NCBI GenBank assembly: GCA_053919585.1
Contig: CM132825.1
Source of the DNA: Euprymna scolopes
Lineage: Eukaryota
DNA length: 64,000 bases
Strand: one strand, 5' to 3'
The stretch's first letter is position 1, and each line of letters starts with the position of its first letter. Shown piece by piece: positions 1-11,159 of the stretch. Both the position numbers and the translations under genes were made by a program. Below the pieces are notes generated by a model. It made no database searches and was not told the DNA's origin. It saw only the letters and a list, made by a program, of their open reading frames with translations.

Positions 1-695
1 ACTTGTACATGTCTCATTCAAATAAATGTATTTTTAAATTTCAAAAATAAATCAATACTTGTACATGTCTCATTCAAAAAAATTATTTTTAAATTTCAAA
101 AGTAAATCAATACTTGTACATGTCTCATTCAAAATAAATGTATTTTTAAATTTCAAAAATAAATCAATACTTGTACATGTCTCATTCAAAAAAATTATTT
201 TTAAATTTCTAAAGTGAATCAATACTTGTACATGTCTCATTCAAAAAAATTATTTTTAAATTTCAAAAATAAATCAATACTTGTACATGTCTCATTCAAA
301 AAAATTTATTTTTAAATTTCAAAAATAAATCAATACTTGTACATGTCTCATTCAAAATAAATTTATTTTTAAATTTCAAAAATAAATCAATACTTGTACA
401 TGTCTCATTCAAAATAAATGTATTTTTAAATTTCAAAAATAAATCAATACTTGTACATGTCTCATTCAAAAAAAATTTATTTTTAAATTTCAAAAATAAA
501 TCAATACTTGTACATGTCTCATTCAAAAAAATTTATTTTTAAATTTCAAAAATAAATCAATACTTGTACATGTCTCATTCAAAAAAATTTATTTTTAAAT
601 TTCAAAAATAAATCAATACTTGTACATGTCTCATTCAAAAAAAATTATTTTTAAATTTCAAAAATAAATCAATACTTGTACATGTCTCATTCAAA
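1..695. repeat. 57-bp AT-rich satellite array (copy 1, truncated by window edge, ~12 monomers)
   Basis: Head-to-tail ACTTGTACATGTCTCATTCAAAATAAATGTATTTTTAAATTTCAAAAATAAATCAAT; monomers vary by about 1 bp through A/T-tract length. Confidence 0.98.
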
Positions 696-856
696 ATGAT
701 GAAATAATGTTTTTCATTTTTCTACATTATTAGAACAAATTTCCAAATCTTCAGTAAAAAATGAAAGGAATAAAAATAACAAAACCCCATTAACAATTGG
801 GGGTGGAGGTGGGGAGTAAGTTTTGAGTCTTTAATCCATGTTTTAATCTTTTAACC
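696..856. repeat. Linker A, short copy (paralog of 30032-30193)
   Basis: ATGATGAAATAATGTTTTTCATTTTTCTACATT...GAGTCTTTAATCCATGTTTTAATCTT matches 30032 onward with about 7 substitutions, then jumps directly into 38-mers. Confidence 0.95.
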
Positions 857-1712
857 AGAGATGATAAGCTGTTGTGTCCAGTCTACATTCAGCAAGAGAT
901 GATAAGCTGTTGTGTCCAGTCTACATTCAACAAGAGATGATAAGCTGTTGTGTCCAATCTACATTCAGTGAAAGTTGATAAGCTGTTGTGGCCAATCTAC
1001 ATTCCGCAAGAGATAATTAGCTGTTGTGTCCAATCTACATTCAGCAAGAGATGATAAGCTGTTGTGTCCAATCTACATTCAGTGAAAGTTGATAAGCTGT
1101 CGTGTCCAAAATAAAATATCGTGTGCTTGAAAGCCAAATCACAACGTAATATTAGGAAAATAAACAAATATTTTACTTGTTTGAGAAAAAAAAGGCATGT
1201 TTGTAATGAGCTGCACGTTGTATCTGAGCAGTTGTATTTTGAAATGTGTCCAGTCTACATTCAACAAGAGATGATAAGCTGTTGTGTCCAATCTACATTC
1301 AGTGAAAGTTGATAAGCTGTTGTGTCCAATCTACATTCAACAAGAGATGATAAGCTGTTGTGTCCAATCTACATTCAGTGAAAGATGATAAGCTATTGTG
1401 TCCAGTCTACATTCAGTGAAAGTTGATAAGCTGTTGTGTCCAATTTACATTCAGCAAGAGATGAAAGCCAATCACAACGTAATATTAGGAAAATAAACAA
1501 ATATTTTACTTGTTTGAGAAAAAAAAGGTATGTTTGTAATGAGCCGCACGTTGTATCTGAGCAGTTGTATTTTGAAATGTGTCCAGTCTACATTCAGTGA
1601 GAGATAACCTGTTGTGTCTAGTCTACATTCAGCGAGAGTTGATAAACTGCTGTGTCCAGTGATCATCCGCTGAGAGTTGATAAGCAGTTGTGTCTAGTGG
1701 ACAGTGATAGGA
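857..1712. repeat. Short, degenerate 38-bp satellite array (~15 monomers) interrupted twice by spacer B
   Basis: Monomers CAAGAGATGATAAGCTGTTGTGTCCARTCTACATTCAR plus local variants (AGTGAAAGTTGATAAG); divergence increases toward 1712. Confidence 0.95.
1129..1578. repeat. Spacer B direct duplication (1129-1246 and 1463-1578, offset 334 bp)
   Basis: GAAAGCCAA(A)TCACAACGTAATATTAGGAAAATAAAC...GCAGTTGTATTTTGAAAT occurs twice, nearly identical. Confidence 0.95.
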
Positions 1713-1747
1713 GAGGAGAGAGATCTGTCTTGTGTGCCATTTGAGTA

Positions 1748-2551
1748 TCACACAGGTTTGTTGTAATTAATTACATCAAAATGCAATCCATCAAATAGAC
1801 ACAGATTAATATATAGAAAAAAGAAAAAAAATATGATTCCTCCAATGAGGAGCACATCAACATAAACTTGCCATTTTATAGTTGGCAGAAGTTCGTCCTC
1901 AGTTTGTCCTATTCTGTTGAGGAAAGGAATACTCTCATTTTTTGTAAATGTTAAATTAGTTTGGGTTTTAACTGTCCTGGATGGAAGGGCTGTTTGGATT
2001 TCGTGTGTTAATGTGGATTGTGTTTGTCTTCCTATTGTTCTAATTGGTTTGGAATTATTAGGTGAATTGGGATGGGTGGTGGAAGTTAGAAAGAATATTT
2101 GATTTGGAATCAGTTCGTTCTCAGTTGCAATAGCTCCTCTTTGTAATGGCAAATTTGTTGGGGGAAGTTGGGTTTCTTTACGATTTAAAGCACTGAAAAT
2201 GGAATCAATGTTTTCTAATGACAAACTGAGCATCAGTGTTTCATCATCACTCCGACTGGTAGAGCTGATTGAAAGAAGAGGAGCGATATTTTTTACATCA
2301 GTTGGGAAGGGTGAAAGAAGTGCGGGTACATTGACCGTAGTTAGTCGTTCACTTCTGGAGGGCACAGCCTCATCGCTTTCTAAGGGCAATGCTTCCAATG
2401 AAATTCTACGTGTAAATGATTTTACAAGAACAGTCGAAAGCATTTGGGGAAATGTTTGGTATTTTCCCGGTGTCACGACTGACATCATGATTTTCGGGGA
2501 AAGGATAAAGCCATGGTTTAATGAATGATTTGTTGCCGACCCTTGCATCAT
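1748..2551 (-). CDS. Hypothetical Ser/Thr/Pro-rich protein with C-terminal hydrophobic (putative transmembrane) segment; possibly a frameshifted remnant of a longer gene
   Basis: 267-codon ORF in AT-rich non-repetitive DNA; S/T/P-rich middle; VYVDVLLIGGIIFFFFFLYINLCLF near the C-terminus. No family recognised. Confidence 0.5.
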   Translation of the reverse strand: MMQGSATNHSLNHGFILSPKIMMSVVTPGKYQTFPQMLSTVLVKSFTRRISLEALPLESDEAVPSRSERLTTVNVPALLSPFPTDVKNIAPLLSISSTSRSDDETLMLSLSLENIDSIFSALNRKETQLPPTNLPLQRGAIATENELIPNQIFFLTSTTHPNSPNNSKPIRTIGRQTQSTLTHEIQTALPSRTVKTQTNLTFTKNESIPFLNRIGQTEDELLPTIKWQVYVDVLLIGGIIFFFFFLYINLCLFDGLHFDVINYNKPV

Positions 2552-2896
2552 TATTCGAGTTGAAGAAATTTACTTTCTTACTGTCTTTCCAAGGGTAATG
2601 TGATTGAGGACAAAAATAATTTACACACTTAAAATCAAAAGTTTTGATGGCTTGCGAGTTTCGTTTGAAACATGCATCAAAAATGCCAAAGATTTTTTAA
2701 AAAAGTTTATGTTTTTCAATGAAATGTTTTTGATTTCATACAATCAACACCATTTGATCTCATGAAATTGCGATATTATAAAATTGTGGATCTTACGTGT
2801 TTGCTCTGTGCACACTGGACGGATGTCTATAACAAATGGATTCACATAGGGATGAAGTCGTTCACTTAAATAGTGTTGCAAGACACTCTGTAAATT

Positions 2897-2992
2897 TTTA
2901 TGACGTCATAAAGGGATGATTTAATTAATGCATAACGTCTATCATCTTAGTAGATTCATGACACCCGGCAAGTCTTTTATGACGTCATAAAA
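2897..2992. promoter_or_regulatory. Pair of extended CRE/ATF palindromes
   Basis: TTTATGACGTCATAAA (2897-2912) and TTTTATGACGTCATAAAA (2975-2992); TGACGTCA is the canonical CREB/ATF site. They lie ~350-440 bp upstream of the minus-strand ORF; function is inferred. Confidence 0.5.
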
Positions 2993-3070
2993 AGAAATTT
3001 TACAAAGAGATGAAAAAAAGGGGAAATAAATGACATGGGGAGGGTGTTTATATTCTAATAAGATGTCAGT

Positions 3071-3120
3071 TTCTTTTTTTTTTTTTTTTTACTCACGTTC
3101 ACCCCTTACAAGGCATATAA
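3071..3120 (-). mobile_element. Isolated 3' tail of a CR1-group LINE
   Basis: Reverse complement reads GCCTTGTAAGGGGTGAACGTGAGT-polyA, resembling tails GCCTTGTTTGGGGTGAAAATGT-polyA (15614-15660, minus) and GCCTTGATAAGTGGTGA (4937-4953). Confidence 0.55.
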
Positions 3121-3126
3121 CAAATT

Positions 3127-4957
3127 GGCAAATAACAAATAGGATCCTGAACAGAAGTGTGCGTTCTATCCCAACCATTATCAATGGACCAGAGGTCATC
3201 TCGTCAGCGTCAGACAAGGCCAAACTATTTGCAAAGAACTTTGCAGCTAATTCTACCCTATGCGACGAAGGCCATCAACTCCCCATATTTCCTCCTATAA
3301 CACAGAACAAGCTAGGTAACATACAAATATCCGTGCATGAGGTCGCCAAGCTAATAAAGAACCTAGATTCCAGTAAAGCAACTGGCCCTGATGGCATCCC
3401 AATTATAGTGTTAAAAAAGCTTCAACCAGAACTTGCTCCCATACTTACGAAACTATTTAAGCACTGCCTTAAGGAGAAGTGCTTTCCGACTCCCTGGAAG
3501 ACCTCATCAGTTTGCCCTGTATTTAAGAATTCAGGTGATAAGTCATCTCCCTCTCAATACAGACCTATAAGTCTCCTGTGTGTTATGAGTAAGTTGCTGC
3601 AATCCATATTAAATAGAGAAATAGTCAACCACCTCAGCAGGAATAATCTTCTTAGTGACACACAATATGGTTTCCGCTCTGCAAGATCTACCGCAGATGT
3701 GCTGACGGTTATATCCCACAGGATTAGTGAATCTCTTGACAAAGGCTTCCTTTCTAGGGCAATTGCTCTCGACATATCAAAGGCCTTCGACAAGGTATGG
3801 CATAAGGGTCTACTTCACAAGATTTCCAGCTACAGTATAATTGGAAATGTTTTCTCAATCATTAAATCATTTCTCTCCGATAGGCTCATAAGAGTAGTGG
3901 TAGATGGACAAAAATCGGAGCCCTGCAATATAAATGCTGGAGTCCCTCAGAGGTCAATCCTGGGCCCAACTCTCTTCCTGATCTACATCAATGACCTCCC
4001 TAAACACATACTTAAATCATTTGTTGACATCTATGCTGATGACACGACCATCTACGGCAACACATCAAAGGCTGTAAATGACAAAGCTCTCTCTGATTCT
4101 CTCTCCTCTGATCTCGAGCGCGTGGTTCAGTGGGGGAAGATATGGCTGGTTACCTTTAATGCATCCAAAACCAAACTCCTATCCTTACATCATCAACACT
4201 CTGATCCCCATCTGGCATCAATTGTGATGGATGGCTCTTGTCTGGGTGAGGCCCCGTGTTTTGACAAGCTTCTGGGTTTGACCTTTACTCCTGATCTGAT
4301 ATGGAACACGTACATCAAGTCTGTTGCCAAGGTCGCTGGAAAGATGGTGGGATCCTTCCACCGCTCCAGAAGATATCTCACTACGGATGCAATTCTCTAT
4401 CTATATAAAAGCCAAGTACGTCCAAGGATGGAATACTGTTGCCATATCTGGGCAGGAGCTGCTAAAAACAGCCTATCCTGCCTTGACAGAATACAAAATA
4501 GACTTCGTGGCTTAGTGGGGGATGCCCTTTTCTCTACCCTGCAACCTCTCTCCCACAGAAGAGACGTTGCGAGCCTGTCCTTGTTTTATCGTTATTTCCA
4601 TGGCAGATGCTCGTCTGAACTCCAATCTCTGGTCCCCCCTCGCCAATCTTTCACGAAAAACACCCGTCTAGCTGAATCCACTGTGAAAAATTTCCCCCAC
4701 TCTATATCTGTGCCTAAATCAAAACGCAGATTCCATTAACAAAGCTTCTTTCTTAGAACTGCACGCCTCTGGAACTCTGTTCCGTCTGCCTGCTTCCCTC
4801 CAGACTACAACTTGGTTGTCTTCAAGTCCAATGTTAACAAATTCCTAATGAACCGCCCCCTTAAGTAAACATATCAGCAAATCTCCTCACTAATGTAATG
4901 TACTTGCAATAACCCTTATCCCTGAGTGGCTTCCGGGCCTTGATAAGTGGTGATCAC

Positions 4958-4988
<31 letters not shown>
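3127..4988 (+). mobile_element. 5'-truncated non-LTR retrotransposon, CR1 group (CR1/Zenon-like), RT domain through polyA
   Basis: ORF 3030-4739 has KATGPDGIP, YRPISLL, QYGFR, ALDISKAFDKVWH, GVPQRSILGP (G>R in PQGS), YADD, MEYCCHIW, LQPLSHRRDVASL. No endonuclease domain. Premature TAA at 4737-4739; the frame resumes to a stop at ~4867; polyA at 4963-4988. Confidence 0.95.
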
Positions 4989-5039
4989 CTACTTGAACGT
5001 AAGGGCTGCTATTTGGGATCATGCCTAGGAAAGATTAAC

Positions 5040-6480
5040 AAGATGTTGGTTTACATTACATTTAAACTTCTGCATAACAGCACAGTCAGGAAAGAAGAAA
5101 AGGTATTCCAAAGTCTAGCTGTTCGAGAGAAGAAACTATTAGAGTAGAAAGCTTTCTGGCATATAGAGACCTCAACAAGGAAGGGTTGTGACTTTGATGC
5201 TAAGCCTATTTTTTGGGGATATGTATGTCAAGGGGGCACAAGTGTAATGAGTTCATCAGAGCACATTCCATTAAAATGCACAAAGATGGAACATTGCGGC
5301 GATGGGACAGGGGTTGGAGCTTAGTTGACAAAGTGGGACCTATTAGATTGAATAAGGAAGAGGAAGAGGCTAGTGGTAAATGCACCAGCCCAGATGTGGT
5401 AACAACACTCCTTGCATGGGTGAATGGTGGCTTTGTAAAGGTAGAGATTACTCTTAGTTGTGATTAGTCTTTTAGCATGATACAGAGAACTCACCTTCTT
5501 TGCAGCAGCCTTTGCAATCTCCTCAATATTGCCCGCGAATGTTAGGCCAAGGAGTTTGAAAGAAGAATTCTCAGATAGGATGTTATTTGTCAGGGTTATC
5601 GATGGTTGGAGAGGCATCTTGTAATTGCTAAAGGAGAGCAACTTAGTCTAACTAGCATTAAATGTTACCATCCTTTTGTGGTCCCATTCCACTACGGTCT
5701 GGAGGTCCTTTTCTAATGATTCTGCCATTGTCTTAGAATTATATGCATCCGTTTTTCACTCATGTATATTATAAAGCGTCGTATCATCAACAAATATACC
5801 CATCTCAGACACAATTTTATCAGGGAGGTCGTTTATGAATATAAGGAAAAATAATGGTTCACAGATCGACCTCTGAGGAACTCCCACATTAATTTTATAT
5901 TATTTGGATGTACGTCCATCAATGACAACCTGGATGGTCCTCATGTCTAAGAAAAATCTTATTATACTTAGTATACATCCACTTATACCGTACAATTTAA
6001 TTTTCATTTGGTCAATCTGAAGTTTAGCAACTGTAAGATGATGAATTAAAGCTTGGTTAATTATGGACGAAAATATTTTGGTGAAAAGCAGGAGGAGGCT
6101 AATGAGGCGATAATTTAATGGGTTAGTTCTTTCACCAGAATTCTTGTAAACTGGTACCACAGAAGCAGTTTTCCAGCAGTAAGGAAAGCAAGATTCGTTA
6201 AGGCATTTGTTGTAAAGGTCGGAGATGACTGGGGCAAACTCAGGAAAGCATTTTTTTAATAGTACAGCTGGGATGAGATCAGGTCCCCATGCTTTTGAAG
6301 TGTCTAGGTTTTTTATGATATCATGCACCTGAGAAGGGGTGATTTTCAGATCGTCTCATGTGATGTCAGTCCGCAAAGGAAAATTAGGGAGGGAGTGGTT
6401 TGTTGGGTCCAATATAGAGTTTGGAGCAAACCGAACAGTAAGCATGTAATCCTTCTCGGTTGCCGTGCAATCAACTTCCA
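5040..6480 (-). mobile_element. Decayed CR1-group LINE (second subfamily), tail-to-tail with the previous element
   Basis: ORF pieces 5900-6328 (KAWGPDLIP, NYRLISLL) and 5321-5641 (KLLGLTF, ECCYHIWAGA), with an internal deletion, stops and frameshifts. Confidence 0.92.
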
Positions 6481-6503
6481 TCTTAAATGACTGAACCACT
6501 GCT

Positions 6504-7560
6504 GATCGTGACTGCATTGATTTTTTGCCGATCTAATGCCGCCATCTTTATTTTAAAGAATTACTCAACACTCGAGATCGTGACTGCATTGATTCTTTGC
6601 TGATTTGATTTACTACCGCCATCTTTGTTCAACATAATGACTCAACATTTAACAGGTTATGCACCGAGTAATCGACTTTGTTTTGACGAATTGGAATCTA
6701 AATTCAAATTGTGAAGGTGAAATTTCTGGGGTATTTAAGCATACGAAAACTACAAAGTTATTCAATCTCCATCAGAAAATCCTAACAACCCTGAATTTAT
6801 CGAAAAGAACGCAACTGTTTTTTGCAGAACTGATTTAATGTTTAGACAATAGAAGTCTGTCTCTGATTATAAGAGATGCCTTGGATGATGGATGCAAAGC
6901 ATTTAACATATTAAGAGAACATTATTTATCAAAAGGGAAACCGAAAATTATAACTCTATATACAGAACTAACTTCTGTAAAACGTAACGAAGATGAGAAT
7001 ATTACTGATTATGTTATAAGGGCAGAAACAACAGCAAATGCATTAAAACTCTCGGGTGAAATAATAAGCAATAACCTGTTAATCTCAATGACGCTCAAGG
7101 GACTTACACCCGATTATAAACTATTTACAACTATTATAACACAAAAAGACAAACCCATAACTTTCAGTGAATTTAAAGTGGTATTGCACAGTTAGGAAGG
7201 GACGAATCGGATACTTGTAAACAATAATTACTTTAGCAATATCATGAAAGAATATATCAGAAATATGTTGTCCAATAAAATATTGGATAAAACCCCATGT
7301 GAAGCGTTTTGAAGTGTAAAACCCAAATTGAACTGAATGCATATATTTGTTAAAAATTAAAAGCTACACGACTACGTTATGGATTACTGTTACTCGTTGA
7401 AAAGTCCAGCAGAAAGTTATAATGAGGCGATTAATTCAGAAAATCACCAAGAATGGGAAAAAATCTATCAAATCCAAATTAAAAGCTTCATCTGAAAATA
7501 ATACATATGAAATGGTGACAAAACCAAAGGATAATAATATCATTTTTTCTCGCTGGGTTT
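6504..7560 (+). mobile_element. Internally deleted Ty1/Copia LTR retrotransposon remnant
   Basis: LTR-like end ...TAACA followed by GGTTATGCACC (6655-6665; degenerate copia-type GGTTATGGGCCC PBS). Gag ORF 6881-7195 (ILREHYLSKGKPKIITLYTELTS...DYVIRAET). Integrase remnant YIRNMLSNKILDKTPCEAF*SVKPKLN*MHIF (~7250-7350). RT start PAESYNEAINSENHQEW...NNTYEMVTKPKDNNIIFSRWV (~7405-7560). Confidence 0.88.
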
Positions 7561-7886
7561 AAAAAAAAAAATCACGCTTCTGGCAGTGAAACTTGTTGCA
7601 TAATTTTTTTCACAAATTTCTGGATTCGAATAATTTGCCACATTTTCACCAACGACAAATTTAACAATTTAACTTTTATTGCAACTTGCCGCTCAATACA
7701 ATTTAAAAATACATCAAATGGGTGTAAAAAAACGCTTATTAAAATGTTCTGATTGACTGCGAGATTTATATTGATCCCCCACCCCCACCCAAAGTATTTA
7801 AAATTAAAAATAAAAATGAAACTATAACAATGAACCATTCACGGTACATTGACAAAAATCCTGCTGAACTTTGGAATGTGAGAGGT

Positions 7887-8250
7887 GGCCGGTGGCGATA
7901 GGTTAGTCGCTAACAACACGGACTGACAACATGGGTGTGTCAAGTTGAAACCCAGTTCGCTTCACAGAAACAACTTTCACTTAGGGATGTTGGCAACGTT
8001 CATGTTATCTCTCCCGAAAGTACCTGATATCCTTCAAGAACTCTTAATGAAAAATATCGGAGAAACCAATGCCAACAAAATCGTCATGAATGATGATGCT
8101 GCTGCTACTGCTGCTGCTGCTGCTCCTCCTCCTCCTCCTTCTCCTCCTCCTCCTTAACAACAACAACGATAACAACAAAAAAAACTGGAAAGAAATGATA
8201 ACAAAAACAAGAACAATAATGACAAACAAACAAACAAACAAACAAAAAAT
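7887..8250 (+). mobile_element. Possible tRNA-derived SINE with compound microsatellite tail
   Basis: A-box-like TGGCGATAGGTTAG (~7893-7906) and B-box-like AGTTGAAACCC (~7943-7953), followed downstream by (GAT)(GCT)(CCT)(CAA)(CAAA) runs at ~8090-8250. Confidence 0.35.
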
Positions 8251-8254
8251 AACA

Positions 8255-8775
8255 TCATCCCAGTTTTAAAGCTGGTTTCTTTCTTGTATTTGTTTTGTTG
8301 TCTCGTGTGACGTTTACAGTGTGCATGTCAAATGTCTACTAGTCCACATGCACCCAATGAGAAAAGTAGGCTGTAGAGAGTGAGCACCTAACTGGCTGGG
8401 AACTACCCAACTTAAGACGGGCGGTAGTGTCCTCTTCAGGTTATATACAGATGGTTGTAGGTTCATTGGCTGAATATTGTTGGGTGATAGCCTGGCTGGT
8501 ATGATATGGAAGACAGCCTCTTACCTACGTAGTATGTACCCCCTCCTCCACGTTGCTGATTCATCCAAAATGAACAGCAATGCTGTTACAGTTTAGCAGT
8601 TGCAAATGCTGCCAGAATCACCAAACTGCCTTAGCAAGTCCACTCTGGATTTCTCCTCAGTTTACTTGTGAAGCCTTTTCTATATGTTAGGTTTATGTGT
8701 TATAAAGCAGTGGAGGTTTGAAATCAGTTTTTCCCTGGGTGAACTGCCTTCCAAGGTTGACGAGCTCCTTTCTCA
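8255..8775 (-). mobile_element. 5' UTR and first codons of an RTE-clade LINE
   Basis: Minus strand begins GAGCTCGTCAACCTTGGAAGGCAGTTCACCCAGGGAAAAACTGATTTCAAACCTCCACTGC, which I recognise as resembling RTE 5' ends, and finishes ...KKPALKLG where the APE motif (LKLG-x-WNVRT) would start. Confidence 0.6.
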
Positions 8776-10750
8776 CATTTCAATCCTTGGTCTTTTCATC
8801 CTTCTTATTTTGTGTATCGCCAGTTTACTCACTAGGAGTAGTCACATATGCCATCATCAAAGATTTCTCTCTGAGAACAACTTGTGGTGTTCTCTGGAGT
8901 TTGAGTGACAGCAAATTTCTTCCGATTTCCATCCTCGGTCTTTTCATCCTTCTTGATACCCCTCACTTATTTGGCGTATCACCAGTTTATGGGTACACAA
9001 AAAAAAAAAAGGGAAGCGCAGGGAGAAGGTGTCAGGGTTACACTCATACAGTGTGAGTTTTTATCATTACATGTGATGTTTCTGTGTGTTTTGGATCTGT
9101 AGCAATTTCTGAACGTCCAGTTTGGGCCTGTAACTCATGTGTATTAGTTTCCACATTCAATGGTTTTTTCCTTAATATTTAAGCCGTTTTCGTTATTGTT
9201 ATCCATCGTAGCTTCTAAGCTATTCCTCTGATTCCAATCTCTCCATTCCTTTTTTTCAAAGTTTTAAGGGAAAGTAACACTAATGTTCAACCTCTGTTGC
9301 CTGAAGCACATAAGCCTAACCCATACAAAAGGCTTCACAAGTTAAAAGACTATTTACATTCAGAGGAATGGTTTAGAGGCTTTTTTTTTTTTTAAATTTT
9401 TACTCATGCTGTTTGGAATGTGCCACATGGTCGTAATTTAATCCTCCCAAGTTACGGCACTTGGACCTTCTAGAGGATGAACGGCTATCTTGGTTCTCCT
9501 GGCGTGTACAATTAACTGACACAGTTTAATATAAATAAATTAAATTAAATTAAAACTACTGATCAAAGGGAAAGACCTTTCATAAAATGTTAGGCCAATT
9601 ATCTCCCTTAGTCATCTTTTTATTGATAAAAAAAATGTTTGGTTTATTAGAATTTGGGGGGAATTTTTGACACTCCTAACACAAAACTGCGAATAAAATA
9701 TAAAAAAATTCGTAATTTTTCTTTTTCAAATGGATTTTTTATTTTCTTTATGGAATATACTTTCAAAATAAACTATTAAAGTTTTTTTTTTAAATAATAG
9801 AAATATTATTTGGAATTTTTTAAAAAACAATGTTTACAAAGTGCCTGCGTGCGTTCAGGCAGCCATTTTTTTTTTGTTTACGTAATGAAATCCATTGAAT
9901 TTTACGAGTTAAATATTTTTCAATTTTTATACATTAAAAATCTATCAAAATTTTTCTCTTGGTTCAATTTTTATGATATTTTTAGGGTCAATGTGACATT
10001 TAATGCTCTTTCCAATAAACCGAATATAATATTTTAGACAAACGTTTATGTACCAAAGTTTTATATATTACAAATTGAAGATAAAACATCAATAAATAAA
10101 ATATTCAAATTTAAAAAAAAAAAAGAAGTGTTTTTTGCAAATTTACCTGTAAAATCCAAAGTGTAAAACCTTTTTTTTAAAAACCACATTGATTTTTTTT
10201 TTTTAATTGGAGGCCTCTGTCTTGCTTATATTATCCATTAAGTAATGGACGATGACGACAATTTTTTCTATTTCATTAAATATTTCTTTTTTAGATATTT
10301 AAAAAAAAAAATTCGCTGTATAAAGAAGAATGAAAACATAGTAAATCAAAAATTTATGTATTCTTTTGAGAAAAGAAAAAAATGCAACAAGTGTTTTTTT
10401 TAAAGGCAAAATCATATCAGTAAAATTTGACTATTTTTAAACTATGGGAACACCTATTTCTCCTGGCAAAAGGCTAGACGACTAACGCAAACATGTGGTT
10501 TTTGCTACCTTCTGTCCTTCCGTAAGTAAACAATGACAAACGACGACTTCCAGTTTTTCGCTAAAGATGTAAAAATTGTTGCGTTATGGTGCTTTTTTTC
10601 AAACAGTCGTTTAAAACAAATTTTTATTTTAAAAATAAATTGAATTTAAAATATAAATATGGATAAATTCTGAATAATACAGAATTGAACTAAACATTCA
10701 ATAGTATTTTTTATAGGTAAGTGATTTTTTCGAAATTATACCATATCTAA

Positions 10751-11085
10751 CATTTTCCTATGGTGGTATAGTGGTCTTTCAATCCTACCTTATGTCACAT
10801 TTCCTATGGTGGTATGGAGGTCTTTCAATCCTACCTCATGTCACATTTTCCTATGGTGGTATGGGGATCTTTCAATCCTATCTTATGTCACATTTTCCTA
10901 TGGTGGTATGGGGATCTTTCAATCCTATCTTATGTCACATTTTCCTAGGGTGGTATGGGGTCTTTCAATCCTACCTCATGTCACATTTTCCTATGGTGGT
11001 ATGGGGTCTTTCAATCCTACCTTATGTCACATTTTCCTATGGTGGTATGGTGGTCTTTCAATCCTACCTCATGTCACATTTTCTA
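10751..11085. repeat. 46/47-bp minisatellite, ~7 copies
   Basis: CATTTTCCTATGGTGGTATGG(N)GGTCTTTCAATCCTACCTYATGTCA starting at 10751, 10798, 10844, 10891, 10938, 10984, 11030. Confidence 0.97.
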
Positions 11086-11159
11086 CATAGATACAAGTAT
11101 CATTTTCATATTTATCTTATTGATTTAAACATCGTTTTTTGTGTTGTTGTTTTTTCCGT

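Noticed and set aside
1-60. p53-type response elements in the 57-mer (CTTG/CATG cores)
   Set aside because: The two half-site-like decamers overlap and have mismatches, so they do not form a canonical tandem site.
3030-3126. N-terminus of the 569-aa ORF as a genuine start
   Set aside because: It reads through flanking DNA and a polyT tract; LINE similarity starts at ~3127 and the endonuclease is missing, so this is not an autonomous element.
7945-8241. Poly-Ala/Pro and poly-Arg/Ser ORFs
   Set aside because: Translations of trinucleotide microsatellites.
9380-9510. Possible SINE tail on the minus strand (AGCCGTTCATCCT...GGTC, polyA)
   Set aside because: Only a short resemblance to a SINE core and no Pol III boxes seen.
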